Assembly: GCA_001774685.1 (NCBI GenBank)
Contig: MFAS01000001.1
Location: 543,557-607,556 of the forward strand
From: Candidatus Collierbacteria bacterium RIFOXYD2_FULL_45_13
GTDB lineage: Bacteria > Patescibacteriota > Microgenomatia > UBA1400 > MFAQ01
Length of the DNA stretch: 64,000 nt
Direction of reading: 5' to 3'
The notes under the pieces: model-generated
Database searches by the model: none
Seen by the model: the letters and a program-made list of their open reading frames with translations, nothing else
What the model was told of the DNA's origin: nothing
Shown here: piece by piece, positions 36,477 through 46,182 of the stretch
How the letters are laid out: each line of letters opens with the position of its first letter
Numbering within the stretch: the stretch's first letter is position 1
Made by a program: the position numbers and the translations under genes

Positions 36477-38690
36477 ATGCCGTCGTTTGAACCCACAGAA
36501 TCATTGGAATTCCTTATACCCAAAGAAGGTGTCTTTAAGACCAGTAAGGTAAAAATACATTACATTGCTGAAACAAATCAGGGCTTGGATATCGAATCTG
36601 ATGGCATAGTGCCATTTGACCCTGAGAGTGGAGCAAAAGACCTTATCGAAGAAATGGCAGACCGAAGATATGCTTTAAGAGATTTCAGAAGAGATCAGTC
36701 GGGTAAGGTGGTCTGTAAAACGACCGAAACTACCATGGGTCTTTATAAAAGCTTTCATAGGCTTAATACTCCTGAAGACGTTAAACGCTTGAAAGACGCA
36801 ATGCCTGTTGGATGTTGTGTTATTTTACTTACGAAAAAGGACAGGTACGGAATAAGGACAATGGTAATCCAAAACAGAGAAAGCCAAAGTGAATACCAGT
36901 TTACCGCAGGAGCCAGTGCGGGAGGTATCATGCGATCCAGATATGACAATGGTAAACTGATGAACATAAGGGACGTGATTCCCATATTCGCCCGCGAACG
37001 TGTTGAAGCTGAAATGGGCGTAACCTCTAATCAAATTACACTTGAGACGATCGCCTATGCTACCGAAACGGAACCAAAGACTCATGGCGAGATTATAACT
37101 CGGGCCACAACAGAGTTAACTTTAGAAGAAATAAAAGAAGCGTTCACTTTACGTACCGGAAAACGACCACGTCACATGATTGGACTACCCGTTCGAAAAG
37201 ATATCGTTGAAACTCTAGTTGCTAGATTAGAGTGCCCGATCCCTTCTTCTCATCTTGCAGCCTTTATAGCTGTGGGTTATATGCAAGTCATGGAGGATGA
37301 AGGTGTTGATGCTGCCATAACCTGGGTAAAGTCCCTAGAAGAAAAGGTTGAGCAAAACTATGCGCACATCGATTCCCTTGTGGCCACCAATACTCCCGGA
37401 GTAGGGAAACAATACGATCCTGAAAAATCACCTCGTGCTCAAGGGTTACCCGATCTTAATCAGGCCTTAATTGACGCAAATCTTCTGGTTCCAGTTTTTT
37501 CAACTCAGGAGATATTAGTTCAGAAAGAGATAGTTAGTCCAAGTGAAGTTTGCATTACCGGAAGTTTACATTTTCCGGAATATTTAAAAAACGAATCTTC
37601 CGACAAAATCAAAGCCGATCTAGCTCTTGAGGCTATTAGAAACACCCTCATGGATGGTTACAACATGACTATTGTAATCTCTCCAGCCACCCCATTAGAA
37701 TATTCAGAGGCTCTACAGCAGATGGCTTCAGAAATCGGCAAAGGAAAACTAGTTTTGGTAAAAGAATCTGGAAGAACGTATAGTGGGGCTAGAAGACAAG
37801 CCGCCGATGAAGCTCTCCGGTTGTCTCCTCAATATATAGTGACTTGTGAGATCGAGAAAAAAGAATTAGAGCGTTTCCACCAACAGTTCTTAAGACGTTT
37901 CGGTCAATCCGATAAAAAGCCAGGCTTTGTGGTTATGAATCGAGGTATTTTTAAGAAGTTGGTTGGTTTACCTGGTGCTCAAGATGAGGGGGAGCTACAC
38001 CAAAACTACTCGATCATGAGACATTTGATCAGTGCTGGTATTTATCCAGAAGGCACACTGCCGCTGGACTTACTGAATGGGACTAGAATTGTCTCCAACG
38101 AGCTGCTTCCCACCAACGCCGGTATCGACATTAACCCAGTCGACCTGCTCAAACTTACCTATCAGTATGAAGAAGTTGAGATTGAAGAAAATATGGTGGA
38201 CAGCGGAAATACCGGTGAAGTAGTCAGACAAACGAAGTGGGTTACGACTGATCCAGGTGTCAATATGACCGAACGGTACGGAGATAAGCCTTCGCTCATT
38301 TCCTACCCTGTAGACCATTACTCTGCAGCGGTTTATCACTCCATTACTATGTCAGCCGCATTGGGGATTGGTGTCGAACAGGTGGAAGTTCCCTATGCGC
38401 ACGATGCAAAACAAACTGCTGTCGAACAGGGTCCCGAAAAGGAATTTTTTGAGAAAAAAAGACGAGCTCAGGACAGAGCCATTATCGACCAGAACTTCGA
38501 TTTGGTTGCCAATATCTGTGAATGGAAAAAGCTCCGTCTATGGCCCAAAGTTGTTACTGACGCCATTGAAAACAAGACACCTATTTCACTCAAACATTAC
38601 GACAGTCGGGAGTGGGAAATCAAAGATGGCATATTGATCAACAAAGACGAGCGCTTTAACGAAGCTCAGCCGACCACGCCGACTCAATAA
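36477..38690 (+). CDS. Large hypothetical protein: putative NUDIX-like N-terminal half plus GT-A-like C-terminal half
   Basis: 737-aa ORF. The N-terminal half has ASAGG..RERVEAEMGV (degenerate Nudix box); the C-terminal half has GARRQA..YIVTCEIEK. Confidence 0.6.
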   Translation: MPSFEPTESLEFLIPKEGVFKTSKVKIHYIAETNQGLDIESDGIVPFDPESGAKDLIEEMADRRYALRDFRRDQSGKVVCKTTETTMGLYKSFHRLNTPEDVKRLKDAMPVGCCVILLTKKDRYGIRTMVIQNRESQSEYQFTAGASAGGIMRSRYDNGKLMNIRDVIPIFARERVEAEMGVTSNQITLETIAYATETEPKTHGEIITRATTELTLEEIKEAFTLRTGKRPRHMIGLPVRKDIVETLVARLECPIPSSHLAAFIAVGYMQVMEDEGVDAAITWVKSLEEKVEQNYAHIDSLVATNTPGVGKQYDPEKSPRAQGLPDLNQALIDANLLVPVFSTQEILVQKEIVSPSEVCITGSLHFPEYLKNESSDKIKADLALEAIRNTLMDGYNMTIVISPATPLEYSEALQQMASEIGKGKLVLVKESGRTYSGARRQAADEALRLSPQYIVTCEIEKKELERFHQQFLRRFGQSDKKPGFVVMNRGIFKKLVGLPGAQDEGELHQNYSIMRHLISAGIYPEGTLPLDLLNGTRIVSNELLPTNAGIDINPVDLLKLTYQYEEVEIEENMVDSGNTGEVVRQTKWVTTDPGVNMTERYGDKPSLISYPVDHYSAAVYHSITMSAALGIGVEQVEVPYAHDAKQTAVEQGPEKEFFEKKRRAQDRAIIDQNFDLVANICEWKKLRLWPKVVTDAIENKTPISLKHYDSREWEIKDGILINKDERFNEAQPTTPTQ

Positions 38691-39618
38691 TCTGTTCGAT
38701 TTTGGGATATTTCGGTGACCACCCTAATTCTTTCTTGGCTTTTTCAGAGGAAGCGATTAGTCTGGCCGGGTCTCCTTCTCTTCTATCCGCAAATACAACA
38801 GGAACTTTTTTCCCGGTAATCTTTTCCACGGCATTGATTACTTCTTTGACAGAGTAGCCGCTACCGTTGCCTAGGTTAAATTCGTTCCGGAAAGATTTTT
38901 CCATATATTTAATCGCCGCTAGGTGTGCCGAAATCAAATCTTCTATGTGTACATAATCACGGATACAGGTACCGTCCGTAGTTTCATAATCGGTTCCAAA
39001 TACCGCGATGTTGGCTCTTTCTCCTTTAACTGCCTGGAAAATTAACGGGATCAAGTGACTTTCGTTAATATGCTGTTCCTTACTCATTATTGTGGCCCCA
39101 CAGGCGTTAAAGTAGCGAAAGATTGTGTATTTCAGATCATAAGCCTCAGCATATCTTTTGATGGCCAGTTCAAAAAAATATTTCGATTCACCATAGGGAT
39201 TTATGGGAGACTTGTCTGCTTCTTCGGTGATCGGCACGGTTTTTGGATTGCCGAAAACCGCTGCTGTCGAAGAAAAGATAATTTTGTCTACCCCATTCCG
39301 CCTCATCGAATCCAGCAGAGACACACCTTGACAAAAATTATTTTGGAAATATTTGGATGGTTTCTTTACCGACTCACCTACCTGTATCAGCCCGGCAAAA
39401 TCAAGAACGGTATCTATCTTGTGTTCACTAAATATCTTGTCCAGTAGTTTGGAGTCACCTTTTTCTCCTTGAATAAATATGGCGTTTGGATGAACGTTTT
39501 CTCTGTGTCCGGTACCGAGATGGTCCAGTACTACCACCGCGTCTCCCCGCTCAATTAATTTTTCTACACAGACCCCACCAATATATCCCGCTCCACCAAT
39601 TACCAAATGTTTCATCAT
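38656..39618 (-). CDS. galE: UDP-glucose 4-epimerase
   Basis: Motifs GGAGYIG, VGESVKKP, FSSTAAVFG, PYGESK, RYFNACG, DGTCIRDYVH and RREGDP. Confidence 0.93.
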   Translation of the reverse strand: MMKHLVIGGAGYIGGVCVEKLIERGDAVVVLDHLGTGHRENVHPNAIFIQGEKGDSKLLDKIFSEHKIDTVLDFAGLIQVGESVKKPSKYFQNNFCQGVSLLDSMRRNGVDKIIFSSTAAVFGNPKTVPITEEADKSPINPYGESKYFFELAIKRYAEAYDLKYTIFRYFNACGATIMSKEQHINESHLIPLIFQAVKGERANIAVFGTDYETTDGTCIRDYVHIEDLISAHLAAIKYMEKSFRNEFNLGNGSGYSVKEVINAVEKITGKKVPVVFADRREGDPARLIASSEKAKKELGWSPKYPKIEQIIESAWSAELR

Positions 39619-39665
39619 TCGACAATCTTAACATTTGATGGCTCACTCAGTCGTATAATAAACAT

Positions 39666-40496
39666 ATGCCAGCGAAGCTTTCGGTCGTTATTCCGACCTA
39701 CAACGAACACCTGAACATAGCTAACTGTCTCGAGAGTCTACTTAAACAGTCAAAAAAAGCCGAAGAAATCATCGTTGTAGATGACGGCTCTACCGATACC
39801 ACCACAAAAATAGTTACGCAATACCCTGTCAGGCTACTAAAATCTGAACACAAAGGGCCTGGAGTTTCCAGAAATCTTGGTGCCTCAAAAGCCAATGGTG
39901 ACATCCTCGTCTTTGTTGATGCAGATATGACCTTTGATAAGAATTTCCTCAAATATCTTACCAGGCCGATCGCCAGCGGCAAATCCAAAGGGGTTTTCAA
40001 CGCGAAAGAATTTGTTTCCAATTTTGAAAACCCGCTTGCCCGTTGTTGGAATATCAACAACGGTCTTGCCGGGAAAAGAAGAATGAACCTTCGGTCACAG
40101 GAAGACACGGAAGATTTTCGAGCAATTCTGAATAGCGAATTTACCAAGGTGGGAGGTTTTGACAACACCGGGTATACAGACTCTAGAACTTTAGTAAAAA
40201 AGTTAGGCTACCGCCCACAGATAGAAAAGAGAGCCGTTTCGTATCATGCTAACCCGGAAACATACACGGAGGTCTTCCATCAAGCTCGATGGATTGGAAA
40301 GCGGAATACTAAATTTGGTCTATTCGGCAAATTATGTAATATATTGAGGTATTCACTACCCATCTCTCTGGTGACTGGATTCATCAAATCAGTTCGTCAT
40401 CAATGTCTTGAATTTATTCCCTTCAAGGTTGTCTATGACTTTGGATATCTAATTGGTATGATATCCTCGATTATTGGGTCGGATCTTAATAAATGA
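39666..40496 (+). CDS. GT2 glycosyltransferase
   Basis: Motifs SVVIPTYNE, VVDDGSTD, RNLG and VFVDAD. Confidence 0.87.
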   Translation: MPAKLSVVIPTYNEHLNIANCLESLLKQSKKAEEIIVVDDGSTDTTTKIVTQYPVRLLKSEHKGPGVSRNLGASKANGDILVFVDADMTFDKNFLKYLTRPIASGKSKGVFNAKEFVSNFENPLARCWNINNGLAGKRRMNLRSQEDTEDFRAILNSEFTKVGGFDNTGYTDSRTLVKKLGYRPQIEKRAVSYHANPETYTEVFHQARWIGKRNTKFGLFGKLCNILRYSLPISLVTGFIKSVRHQCLEFIPFKVVYDFGYLIGMISSIIGSDLNK

Positions 40497-40497
40497 T

Positions 40498-41886
40498 ATG
40501 TATATCACGATCATTACCTTGACCGCACTCTTCTTAAGACTTATTCTGGCTAACCAAAGTTTCTGGCTCGATGAGGGTGCCTCACTGATGTTTGGAAAAC
40601 TCCCACTAAGCCAATTGATGGAGTCAATCAAAACCGACTTTCACCCACCCATCTTTTATACCTTGCTGCATTTTTGGCTTCCCTTTGCCGGTCGGTCTGA
40701 ATGGCTGATCCGCTTACTTTTTATCCTACTGGCCACGGCCACCATTCCCGTCCTTTATTATCTTTGCCGGGAAATATTTGGGGAAAAATCAAAAATCCCA
40801 TTTCTTTCTGCCCTGTTTCTTTCTATCAACCCGCTCCATATATATTACTCCCAGGAACTTCGCATGTATTCCTTGGCCACCTTACTCGTTGTGTCCTCCT
40901 GGTATTTTTTGATCAGGAAAAAGTATCTACTGGTTTCCGTCTTTAATTTTCTCAGTTTTTTCACCTTTTACGGAGTGGTCTTCAATCTAATTTCCCAAAT
41001 TGTTTTCCTCGTTTTTACCAAGCCCAGAAACATCTTAAGAAACGCGTTAATCATTATCGTCCCCACCGCCATTATATTTTTGTACTGGTGGCCTGTTTTT
41101 GGGGCTCAGCTCACCAATGGTCATTACCTAACAAGCGCACTTCCCGGATGGAAGATTCTTTCCGGCCCACTCACTTTCAAGTCGCTTGCCCTCATCCCGC
41201 TCAAGTTTGTTTTGGGTAGGATCTCATTCGAGCCGCAGAAACTATATTTTTTGGCCGGAGGCATTATTACCTCAATATTTCTCATCATTTCCGTCAGAGC
41301 ATTGACTACCAAAAAGGCTTTATTGTTTTGGGTTTCACTTCTGACGCCTCTTGCCATTGGTGCGCTTGTTAGTTTAAAGACTCCAGTGCTGGGTTATTGG
41401 CGCTTTCTGTTCATCTTGCCCTTTTTCATGGCTTTGTTGGCCGTTGGAGTAGAATCGCTACCCAAAATTATCTTTATCGGAACTGTCGCCTGGATATGTG
41501 GAGTTTTTCTCTTTGCCAATCTATATTTCTGGACGAACCTACGTTTCCAGCGGGAAGACTGGCGTGGTTTGAATACTTTCCTGGCTGGAAAAAACAGTTT
41601 GGTCTTACTAGCTTTTCCGTACAAATTTGCCCCTCTTAACTTCTATGCCAGCGACGCACGATATCTTCCTTTGGAAACATCTTCCTATACTCAAAAACCA
41701 CTACTAATAACTGAGTTCGAAGAAACAGCTACCCGTGCCGACAGCGTCTTTTATTTAGATTATCTGGCTGATCTTACCGATCCGGGTAGGTTAGGCCTTC
41801 ACTCCCTTACTCAATTTGGACTCACCCAGATCGGAGTATATAATTTTAACAATCTGGGACAACTTTACGAGTTCCGGCGTCTATGA
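40498..41886 (+). CDS. GT-C (PMT/GT39-like) membrane glycosyltransferase
   Basis: Motifs SFWLDE, DFHPPIFY, YYSQELRMY and REDWR. ATG 40498 lies just after the upstream stop. Confidence 0.87.
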   Translation: MYITIITLTALFLRLILANQSFWLDEGASLMFGKLPLSQLMESIKTDFHPPIFYTLLHFWLPFAGRSEWLIRLLFILLATATIPVLYYLCREIFGEKSKIPFLSALFLSINPLHIYYSQELRMYSLATLLVVSSWYFLIRKKYLLVSVFNFLSFFTFYGVVFNLISQIVFLVFTKPRNILRNALIIIVPTAIIFLYWWPVFGAQLTNGHYLTSALPGWKILSGPLTFKSLALIPLKFVLGRISFEPQKLYFLAGGIITSIFLIISVRALTTKKALLFWVSLLTPLAIGALVSLKTPVLGYWRFLFILPFFMALLAVGVESLPKIIFIGTVAWICGVFLFANLYFWTNLRFQREDWRGLNTFLAGKNSLVLLAFPYKFAPLNFYASDARYLPLETSSYTQKPLLITEFEETATRADSVFYLDYLADLTDPGRLGLHSLTQFGLTQIGVYNFNNLGQLYEFRRL

Positions 41887-42977
41887 AAATTGCTATCGAT
41901 ATCTCGCAGGCCATCTACGGTACAGGTGTTTCCGTATACACCAAGAACTTGGTGGCTAATCTGATCAAACAATATCCAGACGATCAATTTGTACTCTTCG
42001 GAGGTTCGCTTCGCCGACGTCAAGAACTTTTTAACCTAGCCAGAAAACTAAAAGGCATCCCCAGGATTTTTCCTTTTGCTCCCACCTTGATGGACTTTAT
42101 CTGGAACTCGCTCCATTTGCTCCCTATTGAAACCTTCACCGGACCGGTAGATCTCATTCACACTTCAGACTGGACCGAGCCACCCTCCAAGTACCCTAAA
42201 GTAACTACAGTTCACGACCTGGTTCCCTTTCTTTATCCTCAAACCACTACCGACTCCATTCGAAACGCTCATAAAAAGAAACTGGCTTGGGTTATTCGGG
42301 AATCCAAGAAAATTATCGCCGTTAGTGAATCCACCAAGCGGGATCTGATATCTATTTTACGGGTACCCGAGAATAAGATTGTCGTTATTCCCGAGGGTGT
42401 CGAGGACCGATACACTCCCCAGCCTCAAGAAATCATTGAGTTAGCCAAAAATCACTACAAGACCGGAGATGATTTCATCTTCACTTTATCCACCCAGGAG
42501 CCGCGTAAAAACCAATCCGCTCTTATCAAGGCTTATCAGCGCGTTCGGGAGTCATACCCGGATCTCAAATTGCTTATCGCCGGTCGAGTCCGCCAAGATG
42601 GCGGGTTACCTGAAACCGAGGGTGTTCTTATGGCTGGGTACATTCCTGACTCGGATATGCCGGCCTTATACTCAGGCTGTCTGGCGTTCGTACTCCCCAG
42701 TATCTATGAAGGCTTTGGCCTGCCTCCTCTGCAGGCTATGTCTTGTGGAGCCGCGGTAGCCGTGTCCAACGTCAGCAGCTTACCGGAAGTGGTGGGGGAT
42801 GCGGGGGTATTGTTTGATCCTGAAAGTATCGATGGCATCGCCGCTGGTATAATAGAGGCTATTGAGAATAGAGCCAAACTCAGGCCAAAAAGCCTCAAAC
42901 AAGCCTCAAAATTTTCTTGGAAAAAAACAGCCGACGCTACTTATAAGGTATACCAAGAGGTTTTGTCGGCCAAATAA
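41883..42977 (+). CDS. GT4 glycosyltransferase (MtfB/mannosyl- or rhamnosyltransferase-like)
   Basis: Motifs TGV..Y, TVHDL, EPRKN and YEGFGLPPLQAM. Confidence 0.9.
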   Translation: MKIAIDISQAIYGTGVSVYTKNLVANLIKQYPDDQFVLFGGSLRRRQELFNLARKLKGIPRIFPFAPTLMDFIWNSLHLLPIETFTGPVDLIHTSDWTEPPSKYPKVTTVHDLVPFLYPQTTTDSIRNAHKKKLAWVIRESKKIIAVSESTKRDLISILRVPENKIVVIPEGVEDRYTPQPQEIIELAKNHYKTGDDFIFTLSTQEPRKNQSALIKAYQRVRESYPDLKLLIAGRVRQDGGLPETEGVLMAGYIPDSDMPALYSGCLAFVLPSIYEGFGLPPLQAMSCGAAVAVSNVSSLPEVVGDAGVLFDPESIDGIAAGIIEAIENRAKLRPKSLKQASKFSWKKTADATYKVYQEVLSAK

Positions 42978-42980
42978 TCT

Positions 42981-44096
42981 ATGAACATCGGATTTGATAT
43001 CAACGAAGCCAATATTCCTCAACGAGTCGGGGTCAATCAGGTTGCCTACAACATCTTTGTGGCTATGGTCAAAAATTTACCAGAAGGTGACAAGCTTATT
43101 GCCTTAGGCAAAGAGAGACCTCTTCCCGATATGCCTCCCGCATCGGAGAAGCTGACCTACGAGATCTTCGGCTCAAAAAAAGCCTGGGTGCTGACTAGCC
43201 TTACCAAGCGTCTTTGGTTGGGCCGTCCCAAAGTTGATGTTCTTTTTTCTCCTAGCCATTATGCTCCTATATTTTCTCCGGTCAAAAGCGCAATTTACTT
43301 AATGGATTTGTCATTTGAAAGATTTGGCACTGAATATTTCACCAGTTATGATATCAACCAATTAAAAAAATGGACTCCGATCTCCGTCAAGAAAGCCAAA
43401 AAGATTTTTACCATTTCAGATTTCAGTAAAAGTGAAATAGTCAAACTATACGGTACCAGTCCAGAAAAAATTGAAGTTGTTTATCCTGCCTACGACAAAG
43501 AAGTATTTCATGGAAAAGTTCCCAAGACGCAACAGGCGGCAGTCAGAAAAAAATATGAAATAAACGGCAGTTTTCTGCTATATTGGGGTACCTTACAACC
43601 CAGAAAAAATATTTCCAAACTGATCGAGGCATTTTCCAAACTCAAAGAAACTCGCCTCAAACTGGTCATTGTGGGAAAAAAGGGTTGGTTATACGATCAA
43701 ATACTGGATCAAGCCCAGAAACTGGGCATTGCCAATCGCGTCATTTTTACCGGTTTTGCTCCCACTGAGGATCTTCCCGCTTTGATCAAAGCCAGCCGGG
43801 CCTTTGTTCTACCCAGTCTTTATGAAGGCTTTGGTATTCCGGTCGTCGAAGCCCAAGCCGTAGGGACCCCAGTCGTCGTATCCGCAGTGAGTTCACTTCC
43901 GGAAGTAACCGGGGAATCAGGCATTTTCATTGACGATCCTCACTCTGTCGAGAGTATCAAGCTGGCTATGGAAAAAGTTTTATCTCTGTCAGCTTCTGCC
44001 AGAAGCAGAATCATTAAGCTGGGTAAAGATAATGCCAAACGTTTTGACTGGGATACCTCAGCCCAACGGATTATTTCTATGTTAAAAAATATATGA
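42981..44096 (+). CDS. GT4 glycosyltransferase (MtfB-like)
   Basis: Motifs GTLQPRKN and PSLYEGFGIPVVEAQAVGTP. Confidence 0.9.
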   Translation: MNIGFDINEANIPQRVGVNQVAYNIFVAMVKNLPEGDKLIALGKERPLPDMPPASEKLTYEIFGSKKAWVLTSLTKRLWLGRPKVDVLFSPSHYAPIFSPVKSAIYLMDLSFERFGTEYFTSYDINQLKKWTPISVKKAKKIFTISDFSKSEIVKLYGTSPEKIEVVYPAYDKEVFHGKVPKTQQAAVRKKYEINGSFLLYWGTLQPRKNISKLIEAFSKLKETRLKLVIVGKKGWLYDQILDQAQKLGIANRVIFTGFAPTEDLPALIKASRAFVLPSLYEGFGIPVVEAQAVGTPVVVSAVSSLPEVTGESGIFIDDPHSVESIKLAMEKVLSLSASARSRIIKLGKDNAKRFDWDTSAQRIISMLKNI

Positions 44097-44728
44097 AAAT
44101 AAGCAACTTGCGCTTTTCCTCCAAGGGGGTGGAGTTTATTGATAAGGACGGTCATAGGCTATCCTGGAACGCTGGATTAAGCAAAATAACAAATCGTTTT
44201 TTCAATTATTTTCTTGATCTTGAGCTATTATTCCTCTGGATTATCGGCTACGTTCCCAGCCATCAGATTAGAAAACTATTTTATTCTCTCGCCGGAATTA
44301 GACTCGGACGCGGTTCTACGTTCCACATGGGTGCCCGCTTCTATCAGCCGAAAAATATTTATATTGGAGAGGACACAATTATTGGAGATCATGCATTTAT
44401 TGATGGTCGGGCCAAAGTAGCCATAGGCAGTCATACCGATATCGCCTCTCACTTGATGATCTACAACTCCGAACATGATTTGACTGATTCGGGTTTCAAA
44501 GCTATTGAAGAGCCGGTTATCGTTGGAGATTATTGTTTTATCGGCCCACGAGTGATAATTATGCCAGGGGTGAAAATCGGAGACGGGGCGGTGGTCGCCG
44601 GTGGCGCCGTGGTGACCAAAGACGTACCGAACGGATCAATCGTTGGAGGAGTGCCGGCCAAACTTATTGGCGAAAGACAACTCAAGAAATATCAATATCG
44701 ACTAGGCAGGCCACGCCTATTCCAATGA
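44093..44728 (+). CDS. Hexapeptide-repeat O-acetyltransferase (LbH)
   Basis: Motif IGDGAVVAGGAVVTKDVP..IVGGVPAK. Confidence 0.9.
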   Translation: MKISNLRFSSKGVEFIDKDGHRLSWNAGLSKITNRFFNYFLDLELLFLWIIGYVPSHQIRKLFYSLAGIRLGRGSTFHMGARFYQPKNIYIGEDTIIGDHAFIDGRAKVAIGSHTDIASHLMIYNSEHDLTDSGFKAIEEPVIVGDYCFIGPRVIIMPGVKIGDGAVVAGGAVVTKDVPNGSIVGGVPAKLIGERQLKKYQYRLGRPRLFQ

Positions 44729-45273
44729 ATAAATTAAATTTACTGGGCACTGGCTTGTTTCTGGTTGGAGTAATCTATTTGACTCTTCCTTCGCCGACAC
44801 TTCCGGAGCTTTCTTCATCTGCTCTGTCAGACGAGGCCGGGGATACCTGGCAGCATCCGGATCAGAGAGGTTATTACTCAAATCTCACGCGCAGTCAGGT
44901 CTTGTCGGATCTTCAGTCAAAGTTCATCACCAAATTGGGAAACCTAATCATCCCCAGTTATCGCTTAAATTACCGAGTAGAAGATGCTTACGAGTTGGTA
45001 CGTGATCAGTTAAACAGTAACTATCTTGAAGAAATTGTTTATCCTTTCCGGGAGTCGCTTTTTGTCAATGGTTGGGAGCCGAAGAACGCCCCCAGATTTG
45101 CCAGTCTGGCAAAGAAGGATGTTCCCAAGATATCACTTCATGGAGTTGTCTATGACGCCAAGATCACCATGAGACCGGTTTTCTCCGCGGTCTGGGCCAG
45201 ACTCCTCATCTGGATTCTCGTTTTTCCATCCGCATATTTAGTTTATCTATCTTTCAAAAAAGCTTTTTCCTAA
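44725..45273 (+). CDS. Hypothetical membrane-anchored protein (TM at both ends)
   Basis: ATG 44725 overlaps the upstream stop (ATGA); hydrophobic termini. Confidence 0.65.
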   Translation: MNKLNLLGTGLFLVGVIYLTLPSPTLPELSSSALSDEAGDTWQHPDQRGYYSNLTRSQVLSDLQSKFITKLGNLIIPSYRLNYRVEDAYELVRDQLNSNYLEEIVYPFRESLFVNGWEPKNAPRFASLAKKDVPKISLHGVVYDAKITMRPVFSAVWARLLIWILVFPSAYLVYLSFKKAFS

Positions 45274-46182
45274 ATGACCAAAGTTGATTTATCGATTATT
45301 TCCGTTTCTTACAATACCAAGCAGATAATGCTTGACTGTTTGGAATCGATAGTCAAACACACAAAGGGACTCAAATACGAAATCATTGCGGTTGATAATG
45401 GTTCCAAAGATGGTTCTTTGGAGATGCTTTGTGATTTCTCTAAAAAACACCCAGAACTAATACTCGTGGATGCGAAGGAGAACATTGGTTTTGGCAGAGG
45501 TAACAATTTGGGAGCCAAAAAAGCCAGGGGAGAATTTCTCCTTTTTCTCAACTCCGATACACTGCTTTTTGATAACGCCCTTAAGTCTGCCGTGGAATAT
45601 GTCCGCAAACACCCCAGAATTGGAGCCTACTCTTGTCGGCTTCTCAACGCTGACCGTTCTTTTCAGCCCTCCGGTGGTCATTTCCCTACCTTACTAAATC
45701 TATTTGCCTGGCAATTCTTTATCGACGACTTGCCGATTATCGGTAGTGTCATTTCCTCTTTTCATCCAAAGCAAAGTGCTTACGACCAAAATCAAGCCAT
45801 GGACTGGGTTACCGGTGCTTTTTTGATTGTACCCAAGAAACTTTTCGACCGGGTTGGTGGTTTCGATGAAAACATTTTTATGTATACGGAAGAAATGGAG
45901 CTTTGCTATCGCTTTTCCCGGGTAGGATACCGCACTGTTTATCAAAACACTCCTGCCATTATCCACCTCGGCGGCGCCTCCAACGGCTCAGTCTTCGCCA
46001 TTGTGAGCGAAGTTAAATACATGATCTATTTTTGGAAAAAACACAGATCTGGTTGGCAACTTCCTCTGGTTAAGTTTGCCTTCCTCACAGGTTCATTGCT
46101 TAGGCTATTAATATTTGGGATAATCAAAGGTGATGAAAAAGCTCGTCGAGCATACATACAGTGTCTTAGACATATTATATAA
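45274..46182 (+). CDS. GT2 glycosyltransferase (WbbL/rhamnosyltransferase-like)
   Basis: Motifs SIISVSYN, NIGFGRGNN, FLNSD, WVTGA and GFDENIFMYTEE. Confidence 0.87.
   Translation: MTKVDLSIISVSYNTKQIMLDCLESIVKHTKGLKYEIIAVDNGSKDGSLEMLCDFSKKHPELILVDAKENIGFGRGNNLGAKKARGEFLLFLNSDTLLFDNALKSAVEYVRKHPRIGAYSCRLLNADRSFQPSGGHFPTLLNLFAWQFFIDDLPIIGSVISSFHPKQSAYDQNQAMDWVTGAFLIVPKKLFDRVGGFDENIFMYTEEMELCYRFSRVGYRTVYQNTPAIIHLGGASNGSVFAIVSEVKYMIYFWKKHRSGWQLPLVKFAFLTGSLLRLLIFGIIKGDEKARRAYIQCLRHII

Noticed and set aside
44533-44724. Arg/Gly-rich N-terminal extension of ORF 44533..45273
   Set aside because: It is an alternative-frame read of the acetyltransferase 3' end; the ATGA-coupled start at 44725 is more plausible.
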